DNA of 64,000 nt. It comes from Schmidtea polychroa (taxonomy: Eukaryota). Below the pieces are notes generated by a model that did no database searches, had not been told where the DNA came from, and was given only the letters and a program-made list of their open reading frames with translations. The translations under genes were made by a program, and so were the position numbers. Where the stretch lies: NCBI GenBank assembly GCA_044892525.1, contig CM097886.1, positions 16,554,001 through 16,618,000 on the forward strand. The letters are read 5' to 3'. This document shows positions 37,862-50,279 of this stretch, piece by piece; position 1 is the first letter of the stretch; each line of letters opens with the position of its first letter.

Positions 37862-40800
37862 CAAGGAAGGGAGCGATATGACCGTAATCAACGAGACAAA
37901 AGTGATAAAAGAAAATGGGTCACATCAATTGACGGAGCAATTGACAGAACTGAGTAGCGAGGATAAAATAAAAATAATACAAGGGTTCACCAAAGAAGAA
38001 AAAGAAAAGAGACGAAGAAGAGATGAAACAGGGCACGAACCAAAAAGCAACGAGATTGTTACAAAGAATCGAATTCAGAGGGTATTACTACAAAAAATTG
38101 AAAATAGAATTAGAAGAGAAGAACCAAATTTAACGGATGAGCAAGTAAAAGAAAAAGTAAAAGACAACTGGTTCAGGAAAAATGAGTGGTTCGAAAAGAA
38201 AGAACCAAGTAATAGAGCCAATATAAACATGCTGAGACAAATACAGAAGGATCAGACGGACCAGGAAGACGAGAAAAGTGCGGTGAGTAGCCTGAGAAGT
38301 GAATTATTTCAATCAAGTGATGAAAATAATGAACAAGGAACACCTCAAATTAACGAAGAGGGTGAGAGCGACGATATGGAATCACCGATAGAAAATGACG
38401 ATGAGGAAATATTTGAGGAAATTTCCGACACGGTATCGGAAAGAGAACGAAATGAGAGCTATATCAACGAACCAACATACAGAAAATGTATAAAACTGAT
38501 AACTCAAGCATACCAGTGGGAAGGAGGTATATTAACGGCAACATGGAAAGATTTGGCGACGAAATATAAAGGAAAATTGAAAGAAGTTGATCCAGATCAA
38601 TACCAAGTAGGTATTCAACACCCTGAAACTCAGATGCAGATTATTGAATTAAAAGTAACAAATATCGATGAACTGTATAATTGGGTACAGGAAAAGATGG
38701 GAACAAGTCATAAGAATAAACAACTATACGATAATGGTTACAAAGTTAAAATGAGCATACATCTAGTAGATATGATGAGATGGCCAAACGAAGTTAATAT
38801 CTTAATCTTAAAGAAAAACAGAGACAGCGAATCAGTAACGGAAATACTGAGGAAAATCCAACAGATATTCAACAATGAAGTGGAACCAGAAATAGAAAAG
38901 ACTGAACAAAAGATAATGAAGGAAAATCAAATAATCGTAGTAAAACAAGCAATCGATCAAGCGAAGAAATATATTAACAGATTTAGGGAAAGATGGCCGC
39001 AGCTAATGAAACAGTTTGTCAAAGACGTACGGGATACTGAGATTATGGGATTTGAATATAAACGAGCAACGGAGTTGATATCAAAATATGGTGAATACGA
39101 GAGAATCAGATGTGAACAAGAATTACCATGGCCATCCAACAGAAAAGTGACAATAGTAAGAGAATCACTGAAGAATAGTCATTTAAATAAACACGAAGAA
39201 ATGATCAAAACATCACATGTCGAAGACGACATTTTTGGAAAAGGCCGGAGTGGAAAAAATGACAAAGACCATAACGACAAAAATGAGGAAGACGACGGGA
39301 ACCATGAAAGGAACAACATAAATGGGAACTCAAACGAACGAGATAATGAAGAAGACAAGGAGTCAGAAGATGACGACGAAGACTTGAAGGATACTGAGGA
39401 CAACTCAGACCAAAGTGAAGACAACCAACATAATGAAACAGAGAACGACAAACGAAAGTCCCCACTGCATAACATAGTAATGCGGAAGAATCTAAACCAG
39501 TCACTCCTACTACAAATTATCCTAATAATACTAACGTCAATTTGCCTAACAGAAACGAAAAATACGCGAATTACGAGAGGAAATCTGAAAGAAGGCGAAC
39601 TATTCATGATAAAAGTCAGCGGCAACAACGGAAACGCGGTCGGGATATGCATCCAATTGATGGAAGGAACCGGAGTAAGTTGTGATTTTAGAACGATAAC
39701 AAAAGGGAGGATTTTCAATAGTTAAAATGGAGAACCTGAATTATGCGGAGACTACAACATTTGCGAAGACATAACATCAGAAGAAAAAGAATTGGAAAGA
39801 GCTAACGAAACCGGAGTACATGTCGCAATTAAAACTACAATGGAAGGTATCGAAATAATAGATAAAGGAAATTTGCCAACAACGCAAATATGTTTTAGAG
39901 ATGACGAAGACATATGTATAACGGTAGACATGAAACGAGATCGCGAATTTTTTTGGACAAACGTAAAACCAAACACCAACATGGTGGTATGCGCAGGTAC
40001 CCAGGCAATAGTGGTATGTAAAGCAGTTAAAACCGCGCAAATAAAAAGCAGGCCAAAAAGTATGGCTAGTAAAAGATATCAACCAAGGATCAAACCGGCA
40101 ATTAAGAAACCCCAGAAACAATCCCGTACGGGAATGATAAGAGGACAGCACCAAACCAAGAAAAACACAACAGTAATATGGATCAAATATGAGAGACGAG
40201 AAGTACTAGTAAATGTCGAATTCAACAAGAAAAGAGAAGAAGTAATCACGGTCAGAAACCAAGGTGAAGAACCAATAGTAAGAGTATGTGTACTAAACAG
40301 GACAGGAATAGTCGACTGCATAGAAACACTACTTGACAAAGGTGCAGAAGTTAAAATGACAATAGGAGAAAGAAAGGGACGATACCACATATGCGTTCTT
40401 AAAAACGGAAGCGATTTAAGTTCATGCCAAGCAATAACCAGACAACGACCACGGTTGATAAACATACCATTGGCAACCAGAAAACCAAAAGAAGTGGAAA
40501 AGCCAAAAGGAAACGAACATCTAACGGCAGAAGAAACGAAACAGTTATACCAGATGCTCAAGAAAAATAAAACACAGGAGGCAACTACAACAGAAACTAA
40601 AATGATGATGACGACAGGAAAATTCAACAACAAGACACTGATAACCGTTAAAATGATGTGGATCGCTAGCGCAATAATGAGTGCAGTGATAACATCAATA
40701 ATAATCCAATGGATAAGAACCTCCAAAATATGTAAACAAAAACCTAAAGGCAGAAAAAGATGGCCACAAGTGGAGAATTCCGAATATGGTATTCCAACAG

Positions 40801-40988
40801 AAGACCCGAATCCAGAAGAGTACGAAGCGATTGAAGATCCAAGGTCAAGCAGACTATGGACGCAAGAATTACTCAGAATACAAACCCTAGACGATTGGGT
40901 AACCGAATTTGACATATACCGGCTAACGGATGAAAGATATGGGGGAATGCGCACATTGCATTCAGGTCCCCTGGCAACAATGGTATAA
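37773..40988 (+). CDS. Charged/coiled-coil region followed by an internal signal-like segment, a Cys-paired ectodomain, a TM helix and a tail (env-like); one in-frame TAA at 39723-39725
   Basis: ORFs 37773 and 39792 share a frame with a single stop between them. Hydrophobic LLLQIILIILTSICLT, six Cys pairs, six N-x-S/T sequons, TM MMWIASAIMSAVITSIIIQWI, basic RTSKICKQKPKGRKR. Confidence 0.75.
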
Positions 40989-43227
40989 GAAAGTGATGAG
41001 TCGATGTAAATAGTGTGTAGATAAACGTGAGGGTAAAAGTAGTTTAGTAGATTAGCAATATGTTCAAAAAAAAATGTAAAAAAAAAAAAAAAAAAAAAAA
41101 AAAGGTACAAAAAAAAAAGGTACAAAACAAAAAGGTACAAAAAAAATGGGTATGATAACTACGTATTATAAATAAATCAGAGAAACGAGGATCAAGTATA
41201 TCAAACGAGGATACCACATGTTGTTGAATTGGGAAATCAACCACTAGTAAACATTAATCAGACATAAATAGTAGAAATTGATACAAGTACAACGATAAAC
41301 CAACCAAGTTAGTCAGCAGGATCAATGTGAAGAACACAATGTGAATTAATGACAAATGACAAACCATACCCAAGAATAACGGTTACGTAATTAGAATGCG
41401 TTAATGGGGAGCATCAATAGAAACTCGATATATATAACAAGAATGAAAGAGCAATAACAAATAATCGCACAATTAAAATACAATAACAAACAGTTGATAA
41501 GCCAAATAAAATGGGAGGCAGGAGAAATCGGGAGATTACACGAAAACCATCAGTATGATGATATAACGAGTTAAGTTGAGTGGATAACTGGCCTACCAGG
41601 AACTGGGGAACCGGACTCAGCGGGAGACATAAAAGAAGGGGAAAGTAGCCCTGTAAACAAACAAAATTATAGCCAAAGTAGAAGCTCCGAGATTAAACGC
41701 TATCATGGCAGAATGGCGAGAGAAAGTGGAGAGAAGTGGAGGAACAAAACTATTAACTATGAGCTGATAAGAAAATATTAGGTCAAGTCCGATGAATTCG
41801 AGGAGAGACTATTGTGTGCGGACAAAGATTATTAATAAGAGCACGTCAGACCCTATGAGGATGTAGACTATGACATGGAGGTACCACACGACTTGTAACA
41901 AGAAAAGCAGTAGCTAAAGAGAGAACCACAGCAAGCATCAGCCACATCCCAGATGACAATAATAATAAAAATCTTAGAAGAAAAAAAAAAAAAAGCAGCA
42001 AATAATGATGACTGTCAACAAATGTCCGAGCAACTATGAAACAAAGACACTCGAAGAAATAAAGGAAAGGGTAAATAACGCAGTCAAAGAAAAGCCAATT
42101 ACTCAAGATGAAATAATAAAAACATTGAGAGAGATATAGATGGAAATAATAACAACTATGAACAAAATCCCCATGAACCATGAGACAATAACCAAAACTT
42201 TAGAAGGAATAAAAAGGAGAATATCAACTACCTTCGACGAAGACTTCGCTTACTAAAATGTCCTAATAAAGATAGGGAAAAGAGTAATGATGACAGTCAA
42301 CAAAACCCTACACACTAAATCAAATAACCTCGAAGAGGAACTCAACTCGACTGATACAATCCAACTAATGAAAACAGTGAGCATGTGACGAGAGATAAAG
42401 AAAGAAGTGGCAATCAAAACAAGGTCAACAGAGAAAAAATAAATAAATAAAAAAAAAAAAATAAATAAATAAATTTGAATGTAAAGAAAACCCCGAATCC
42501 ATAACAGTACTGATCCTGTTAGCAGCGAATCTCATGATAAATAACAATACTGAACTTGATAGCCTTTAAACCTACTCAAATCCATAGAAGTACAAAAACT
42601 CAAGTTGAAAGAACAATTCCGAAGCATTCGCATTCTAATAGAAGAACCAATACCCAGAGACCAAATCTATCAAATCTATCAAATCTATCTTCTAAAATCT
42701 TCAAATCTAGAGCCGTCATCGAGATGAGATCCCAAACAACCGAGTGTTTAAATCCTGATATAAACCGACAATGATCCTGATATAATCTGACAACGATCTT
42801 GAGTTGATTGAAAATGTTCTTATTATGTGTTGACAATGATCCTGATTCGATTGACAATGATCTGAAAATGATCTAAATTTGATTTAACAATGATCCTGAC
42901 ATGATTCGACAATGATATGATTTGACTATTATTGTGATTTGATGCCAATATTATATATTACTTTGATATTATTTGAGCATAACAATTTGATTAAATTTTG
43001 TGTGGACCGACCGTGGTCTTCTTTCTCTTCAACTTTAAACCAATCTGTAGCATGTAGCGTATCAGTAGAAACTTTTTATGTATGTGGGTATTGAGGTCAC
43101 GACCCTGTAGCTCGTGGACCCAATTACATGTAGGCACTTGTAATACAGTGCAACCAATTCTGTCTAATTATATCTTGAACTTTGATTAAATTGCGGGTCG
43201 CAATTTTATGGGCCCCCGAGTGTTTTA

Positions 43228-46200
43228 TGTTGGGCTAGAACTGATTTCTAGACCCAAAGTTAGGAATGGGACGAAATGTGTCAGTACACAACACGCATAC
43301 CCAGCATTAAGTTTACTTAAATAAAAATATATAAAACACCAAGTAAACAATGATAATAGAGAGATAATATACCCAAAAATAAAACATCTGAATTAAAAAT
43401 AAAATAAAACACGAGCAAGAAGTATTACACGAAAACTTACTCAAATATAACCAAAAGACATAAAACAACAAAAAACAAATTCGAATAAAGGCAATTAGTA
43501 AAAATTAAAAAAGAAAATTAAAGAAAATCTTCATAAAATCTTACGTAAAGAAAATTATATCGATATTTTGAATAAAAATCCAGAACAATTCATAAAAATG
43601 GCGAAATCCATCATGACGGCCAAACGACCCAATAAAATTTATAAAAAATAAATATTTTAGTTTAAAAAATAAATATTTTAGAAAAGAAATCATAAAAAAC
43701 AATTTAAAAATAAGAAATAGATTAAATTTAGCATGGAATGTTCTGGAAATGCTGAAATCCATCATGGAGGCAAATTTAATAAAAAATAATTCGAAAATAA
43801 AATTTCAAAAATAAAAACAAAAATTCTTACTGAAAAATCGCCATTAAAATCGATAAAAATTAAAAATCGAATGTTCGAGAATTAAAATAATTCGAATTTG
43901 TTTTACTGCATCAATGCACGCATGTATACTTACACGTCAAACAGAGGCTATATAAACTAACACATTTCGTCACTTTTTAAGCAAGGAAAATATGCTAATG
44001 CTTACTCTTATGCCAAATTTTTGGGTTTTGATTTTTTCTGAGATTGTAGGTAAGAACGATTTCATTGTGAATTATAAATTATTATTATTGAAACCTTGTT
44101 TTCATTATTTCTTTCTAACTATAGAAATGTAGGTTTGAGTGAGATCGTCGGTTATCATTGATTTTGAAGCGAGATCCCAGCCAACCCTGCACCTATGCAC
44201 TTTATCATCGATGAGTACACAGTTCACAATGATTGCAGGCCACTGCCTGGCACGCACTTATCAATATTATTGGTTTCCTTTTGTTCGGTCATCGGAGGTC
44301 GGCCACTTCATGGTTCTACCATGGAGTTGTGTCGATAAAACCCCTCCGCTATGGCTCCATATATTTATTTATCGGTCGACAGCGATGTTTCGACTCCACA
44401 CAACAGTAAGGTTTGTCGTAGTGGTCACAGTGGGGCCGCGAAAGCAAACACTCTTCCCGACTTTCAATGCATGAATAATTTACATAGTTAAAATCTACAT
44501 CCAAAATCATCACAATACAATACACTAAGGTTAATAAACAGAGTAGATCTCAGACCTAAATTAATCACAACTCTACAATTCACAATTAATGTAGACGGTT
44601 AAATATCATCAAGAACCAACTCTACCTATACGTTTGTCGAATCTAGATTTATAAATGTCTTAAATAAATTTTCTAGTAATAGTTTAAAGTAAAGATTGTT
44701 TAAAAATGATTGATTTAGTAGTGATAGTATTCATAAAGGTGTTCGACATGCGCATCAGCAAGACTTGGATTTTAAATTGAATAGACTCTAAACTAACTAT
44801 AAAAATTCAAATCGTAAACCCATAACAGTATAAATTATCCTCTCAATTTCATAAAAATGTGAATTATACTTATAGATTTAATTTCTTCAAAATATAAATT
44901 ATGATTAGTTATAAAGGTATAAATTATAAATTTAATTTCTTGAAATTATAAATTACAAATTTGTATTGACGATGAAAATTATAAATTATAACTCTAAGTT
45001 AATTATAAAAGTATAAATTATAATCTTAACTTCATAAAAATATAAATTATAAAATTATATTAGCTTTGGAAATATAAACTATAAATTGAACTTCACCAAA
45101 TATAAATTATAAACTTAAAAGTATAAATTATAAAATTATATGGGCTCTAAAATATAAACTATAAATTTAACTTCATAAAAATATAAATTATAAAATTATA
45201 TTAGCTTTAAAATATAAACTATAAATTTAACTTCATAAAAATATAAATTATAAAATTATATTAGCTTTAAAATATAAACTATAAATTTAACTTAACTTCA
45301 TAAAATATAAATTATAAACTCAAAAGTATAAATTATAAAATTATATTAGCTTTAAAAACATAAACTATAAATTTAATTTCATAAAAATATAAACTTATAT
45401 TGGCTGAAAGACTATAAATTATAATCTTAATTTGGTCATAAAAGTATAAAATATAAACTACGTTAGCGATAAAAATATAATCTATAAAAAGTTGTAAATA
45501 TTTTATAAATACCCCCCCAAGTTACGTAATGGTCGAAACAAATGTCCAGATTCATAATCTAACTTATATATGTATATTTGAAACTTATAAAAGTATAACT
45601 TACCTTTTTCGTGAGTACCCCCCTCAAACTATACATTAGTCGAGAACAATATATATAGCAATAAATTAACTTATATATGTGCAGTTATCAAACTTAATAA
45701 TTCCTCAGATCACCTAACCATTAATTATTGTCTAAATACATTAATACATTATCTTTACGATATAAATTTGGAAAATTTTGATAAATGACCCCCCTTAATT
45801 CATATAACCATTAACCACTACCTGATACACTAATTTAGACTATTTAATATATATGCTTAACTTAGATTACCTTTAAAATTATAGTTGAAAAATTTTCATC
45901 AAAGACCCCCACAAACCATATAGTCATCAACTACCACCTAAATATACTAAATTAGCTTATCTTAATATACATTTAATTTATATTATATTTAAAAATATAA
46001 ATTGTAAATTTTTATGAATGACCCCCTCAGAATCATACAGTCACTACCCATTACCTAAGCATACTAAATTAACTTATTTTAATATATATTTAACTATCAG
46101 TATATTTAAAATTCTAAATTGGAAATTTTCATAACTGACCCCCTCAAAATTATACATTCATTGTCCATTACTTAAATATACTAAATTGACTCATTTTTAA

Positions 46201-48668
46201 TATATATTTAACTTATATTATATTTAAAAATGTAAATTGTAAATGTTCACACATGACCCCCCCCCCCTCAAACTTATACATACTAAATTGGCTTATTTTA
46301 ATATATATTTAACTTACATTATAATAAAAAATATAAGTGGTAAAATTTCCTAAATGACCCCCCTCAAATTATATATTTATCTAAATTTACACTAAGATAG
46401 ACTACTATTATATATATATGTATATGTGTGTGTGTATATGTGTATGTGTATATATATGTATATATTCATCTTATATTTGATTTTAAAATGATAACTCTTA
46501 AAATTCCTAAATGACCCCCAAGCTATATACCCGTGGTAATTTCATAAAGATATCAAGGTACATTCGCCGTTTATCATTATTGTTATTTTAACATTACTGC
46601 TACTATCATTAGTATTACTATTACATTTTATTGATATCATTGATTTTATTTTCCCCAGTAACCCCACTAAACTGATTATATTATTAAAGTAATTATTATT
46701 TCTTAAAAATAAAATTTTAAACAAAATTATCGATTTTGGGATTCCCCTATCTCTAAATTTAGTCTCGATGGCCCTATCTTCCAATAAAATTACGGAAAAT
46801 CACGAAAATCTATTTTTAGTAACACCCCTCCCCCCTGAAAACGACATCAATATTATTAATTTAAATTATATCCATATATAGGTATGTGTGTATATGTATA
46901 TGTATGTATATATATATGTGTGTGTGTGTATATATATATATAGGTGTGTGTGTATGTACATACAGATTTATAAAGCAACCTTATAAAAATACGATAACCT
47001 TCCCCCTCAAGACCCCTGTTATGTGATGGTCACAACCCCCTTAAGGTGATGGAGCGAGGTTAGAGTAGTTTACTGAAGTAATTTAGTAGAATCATTTATT
47101 GATTTATTAGAATTATTGGATTTATTTTTAACTAAATCAAAAGAGACTAAATTTATTTTTAACTAGATCAAAAAAAGGAAAAAGAAAAACAAAGACTAAG
47201 TTTATTGATTTCGATCATCAACTTTATTCATATAATTGTTTCTTTGAATCATAGTTATACCAAGGTCCTTCGAGCACGGTTGATGGACCATCCCAATGAA
47301 ATACATTTCCTGGAGTTGGAAGACTTCTGGGTAATTCCTTATTTTCTGCTTCGTTCCTTTTGGTTCAATGACTTACATATTGATTTGACGTAATATTGTT
47401 GGATGGCCAACTATATTCCTTGCATCTCTTTTTGAGTAGTCATTGTCAGATAATTCCGCCAGGAAGATTAGTTGGTGGAACTGACCTTGGGGCAATCAAA
47501 CCTTCGTACCTCACTGAATTATTATCAACTCGATTGCTAAGGAAATTAATGAAGTTAATTAATTAAATTAAGGAAGTTAATTACAATTTTCTCATTGGTG
47601 TTGTCAAACGATCTTTGCTCATTCGAGATGTCATAATACATTATTGATCAATAGTAATTGTTCGGAGATTCGGCCGACTGCTGATATTCCTGAAATATTA
47701 TGAAATTTTAGGATATAAATGCTTAAAATTTTAATTTATTTACATTATTATATCAAAATTAACTAAAATCATATATTTATTCAAAATTTGTTATTTAACA
47801 TTAATTATAATTACTATAATAAAACAACGAAAATTTAAATAATGTTAAATAACTTTAACAAAACAAAAAGTAATAATGAAATCAAAATTCCATTACTTTA
47901 TTTAAATTATTAGTTACCAACTTGTTCTAGTATTTTAACATAATGAATTCAAGTATATTACGGAGTTAGTTTGGTCATTTGAGGAATATTATAAATTGAA
48001 AATTTAAGTAGATTAGAATTATTTACTCTTCATAAGAACTTTTATGATTGTAATGAATCTAAACTTCATATATTAATATTACCCATAATTTACAAGTGAT
48101 ATTTGGATTATGTTAAAATAGGTTGTAAGTTAACTTAACTAAATTGAAATTCTCTTTTGATCAGGTTATCGTGGGGAATGCATGTTATCTTTATCATTTC
48201 TATTGTTTCAGTTTATTAAGTTTTTTTTTTATTTTCTAATTAAATTCATTAGTCTCAAAAATTTCTTGAGGTTTGTTTAATAAACTATGGTTATGTTTCA
48301 CTTAATTTATATTCAAACATTTTAGATGTGGTGTTGTATGAACAGGCTTTAATAGAGTAATGTATGATTCCTGATGACTTATGATCGTTTGAGGATAGAA
48401 AGTTTGTATAGGCATAGTTGAGGAAGTGATTATAATAAGGGACCTGCGTAAATCGGACATACATCTTCTAACGATAGTCCGTGAACCCATTAGAGTGCTC
48501 GACAATTACAGTGCAAGTAGTGCGCTCACTTTTTGCGAGTACTCACCCTCTTGATACAGTACCAACGTTGATCGTTCAACGGGTATCAAGCGGTAAACAA
48601 TGTTGTATTCTGGGTTACGCTGGAAACAGCACTAAAGAACAAAATATTTGATCATCAGTAACCCACCA
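43228..48668 (+). repeat. 3' LTR (5441 bp)
   Basis: Near-identical to 26964-32406; starts TGTTGGG, ends CCCACCA, followed by TSD GCTG. Confidence 0.96.
47224..47689 (-). pseudogene. Second copy of the LTR antisense spliced ORF
   Basis: Same sequence as 30962-31427 at offset 16262. Confidence 0.55.
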
Positions 48669-48672
48669 GCTG

Positions 48673-50279
48673 TCAAAACTTTATCATCTTTACCTTTGAC
48701 CGAATCAGAATTTCAGGGTACAATAATAACTGCAAAGGGGATTTTTCCTTATGATGCCGCAACTTCATTAGAGGTTTTACATAACACTCGTCAGTTACCT
48801 CCTATTTGGAAAGATGTGACTCCCGCTGAATATGAGAGAGCTCAGCGAATTTGGGTTGAAACTTCATGTACTTCACTTTTCGATTACATGATGGTTTATT
48901 TAAAACTTGATGTTTTCCTTTTAGCCGATTTTTTCCAGCAATTTAACCGACTAGAGCCATTAAATTTCTTAGGGATTCCAGGTATGTCTTGGAATTCAGC
49001 CTTATTAACTTTAAACTCTCCAATTGAGCTCCTCACCGATATGGAGATGTATAACTTTTTCGAGGGCGGTATCCGTGGCGGACTAACTTTTGTAAATAAA
49101 CATTATGTAAAAAAAGACCCGGATACCGCATTGCTTTACATAGATATAAATAATTTATACGGTTGGGCTTTAAGTCAACCATTACCTTGCAGTGACTTTG
49201 AATGGGTTACTGATGATAATTTATTAAATAATATAATTGTTGAATGCACAACGGTAGATTTAGATCTGCTTGATTATGGTTATACCATAGAAGTGGATTT
49301 AGAAATACCGACGTCAATTCACGACAAACTGGACGATCTTCCCGTTGCCGCTGAAAAGATGTGTGTACCGGGTTCGAAAATAGAGAACCTGTTGCTTACA
49401 CACAGCCCCAAGAGGAACTATGTTCTTCATTGGAGGCTTCTACAAATATTTATTAAATTAGGTGTTAAAATATCAAAAACACATAGAGCAATTAAATTTA
49501 AACAAGATAAAATTTTCAAAAATTATATTAACACAAATACGGCGTTACGAGCAGCGTCGACAAATAAACTCGATAAAAATTTTTATAAATTATTAAACAA
49601 CAGTCTTTACGGCAAGACTGTTGAAAATCTTAAAAAACGTATTAATTTACGTCTGTGTAATTCTTCACAGAGATTATTAACATTCTGTTCGAAACCGACT
49701 TTTCGTAAATCCACGAAAATCGATGATGACTTGATTTCGGTTTTATTGAGGAAGGACATAGTGTGTTTGAATAGACCTAGTTACGTTGGTCAAACCGTAC
49801 TTGATTTATCCAAACTCAGGATGTACCAGCTGCAGTATGAAGAGTTGCAAAAATATCGCGACGAATTCAACTGCGAAATTAATATCGTTGCTGGAGACAC
49901 AGATTCCTTCTTCTTGGAAATTAAACATTGTAGTCTTAACATTCTTTTACCTGCGATGATTAGAGATCAATTATTAGATACTTCGAATTATGACCCAAAT
50001 CATCCTTTATATAGTAGGAACCTTGATTCTGTCATTGGTAAATTCAAAGACGAGAATAAAGGGTTATTATATAAAGATTGGGTGTTCTTGAGACCTAAAT
50101 GTTACATTTTGATGGGTGTTGAGGAAAGTATGAAGGCTAAGGGGATAAGTATGAAAGATACTGGACTAACACATCAGTCGTATCTAGATTGTTATTTAAA
50201 TGATAAAATATACACAGTCCCTCAGTTTAGAATAACGTCAAAAAATCACCAACTTTTTAGTATTAAAAATAATCGATGA
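48673..50279 (+). pseudogene. polB: Protein-primed family B DNA polymerase, 3' part (C-terminally truncated at the TIR)
   Basis: KGIFPY, ExoIII Y...DVFLLAD, motif A YIDINNLYG, motif B KLLNNSLYGK, motif C GDTDS, LRPKCY, KAKGI. The TGA at 50277-50279 lies inside the right TIR. Confidence 0.93.

Larger units (their letters stand above)
26964..48668 (+). mobile_element. Giant non-autonomous Ty3/gypsy-like LTR retroelement (21,705 bp), no pol found
   Basis: Direct LTRs of 5443 and 5441 bp with TGTTGGG...CCCACCA ends, 4-bp TSD GCTG (26960-26963, 48669-48672), PBS, and CCHC gag. No D[TS]G protease, YxDD RT or integrase ORF seen in the 10.8-kb interior. Confidence 0.95.

Noticed and set aside
30962-39725. 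Alternative genetic code, selenocysteine or programmed readthrough to explain in-frame stops
   Set aside because: Stops are a mix of TGA and TAA and come with frameshifts and Cys>Tyr changes. Host genes and long ORFs here translate cleanly with the standard code. Mutation is the simpler explanation, though readthrough at one site is not excluded.
36157-41140. Minus-strand ORFs 36157-36648, 39179-39718, 40079-41140 and similar (also plus-strand ORFs inside 52254-54599 and 59283-63860)
   Set aside because: They are antisense shadows of biased coding strands, with no motifs.
26964-48668. The 5.4-kb duplication as an assembly artefact or segmental duplication
   Set aside because: It has TG..CA ends, a 4-bp TSD, a PBS and small inter-copy differences, and its removal restores polB exactly.
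48648-48668. MIISNPP as the start of an independent 543-aa polymerase gene
   Set aside because: These codons are LTR sequence; the ORF is the 3' half of the interrupted polB.
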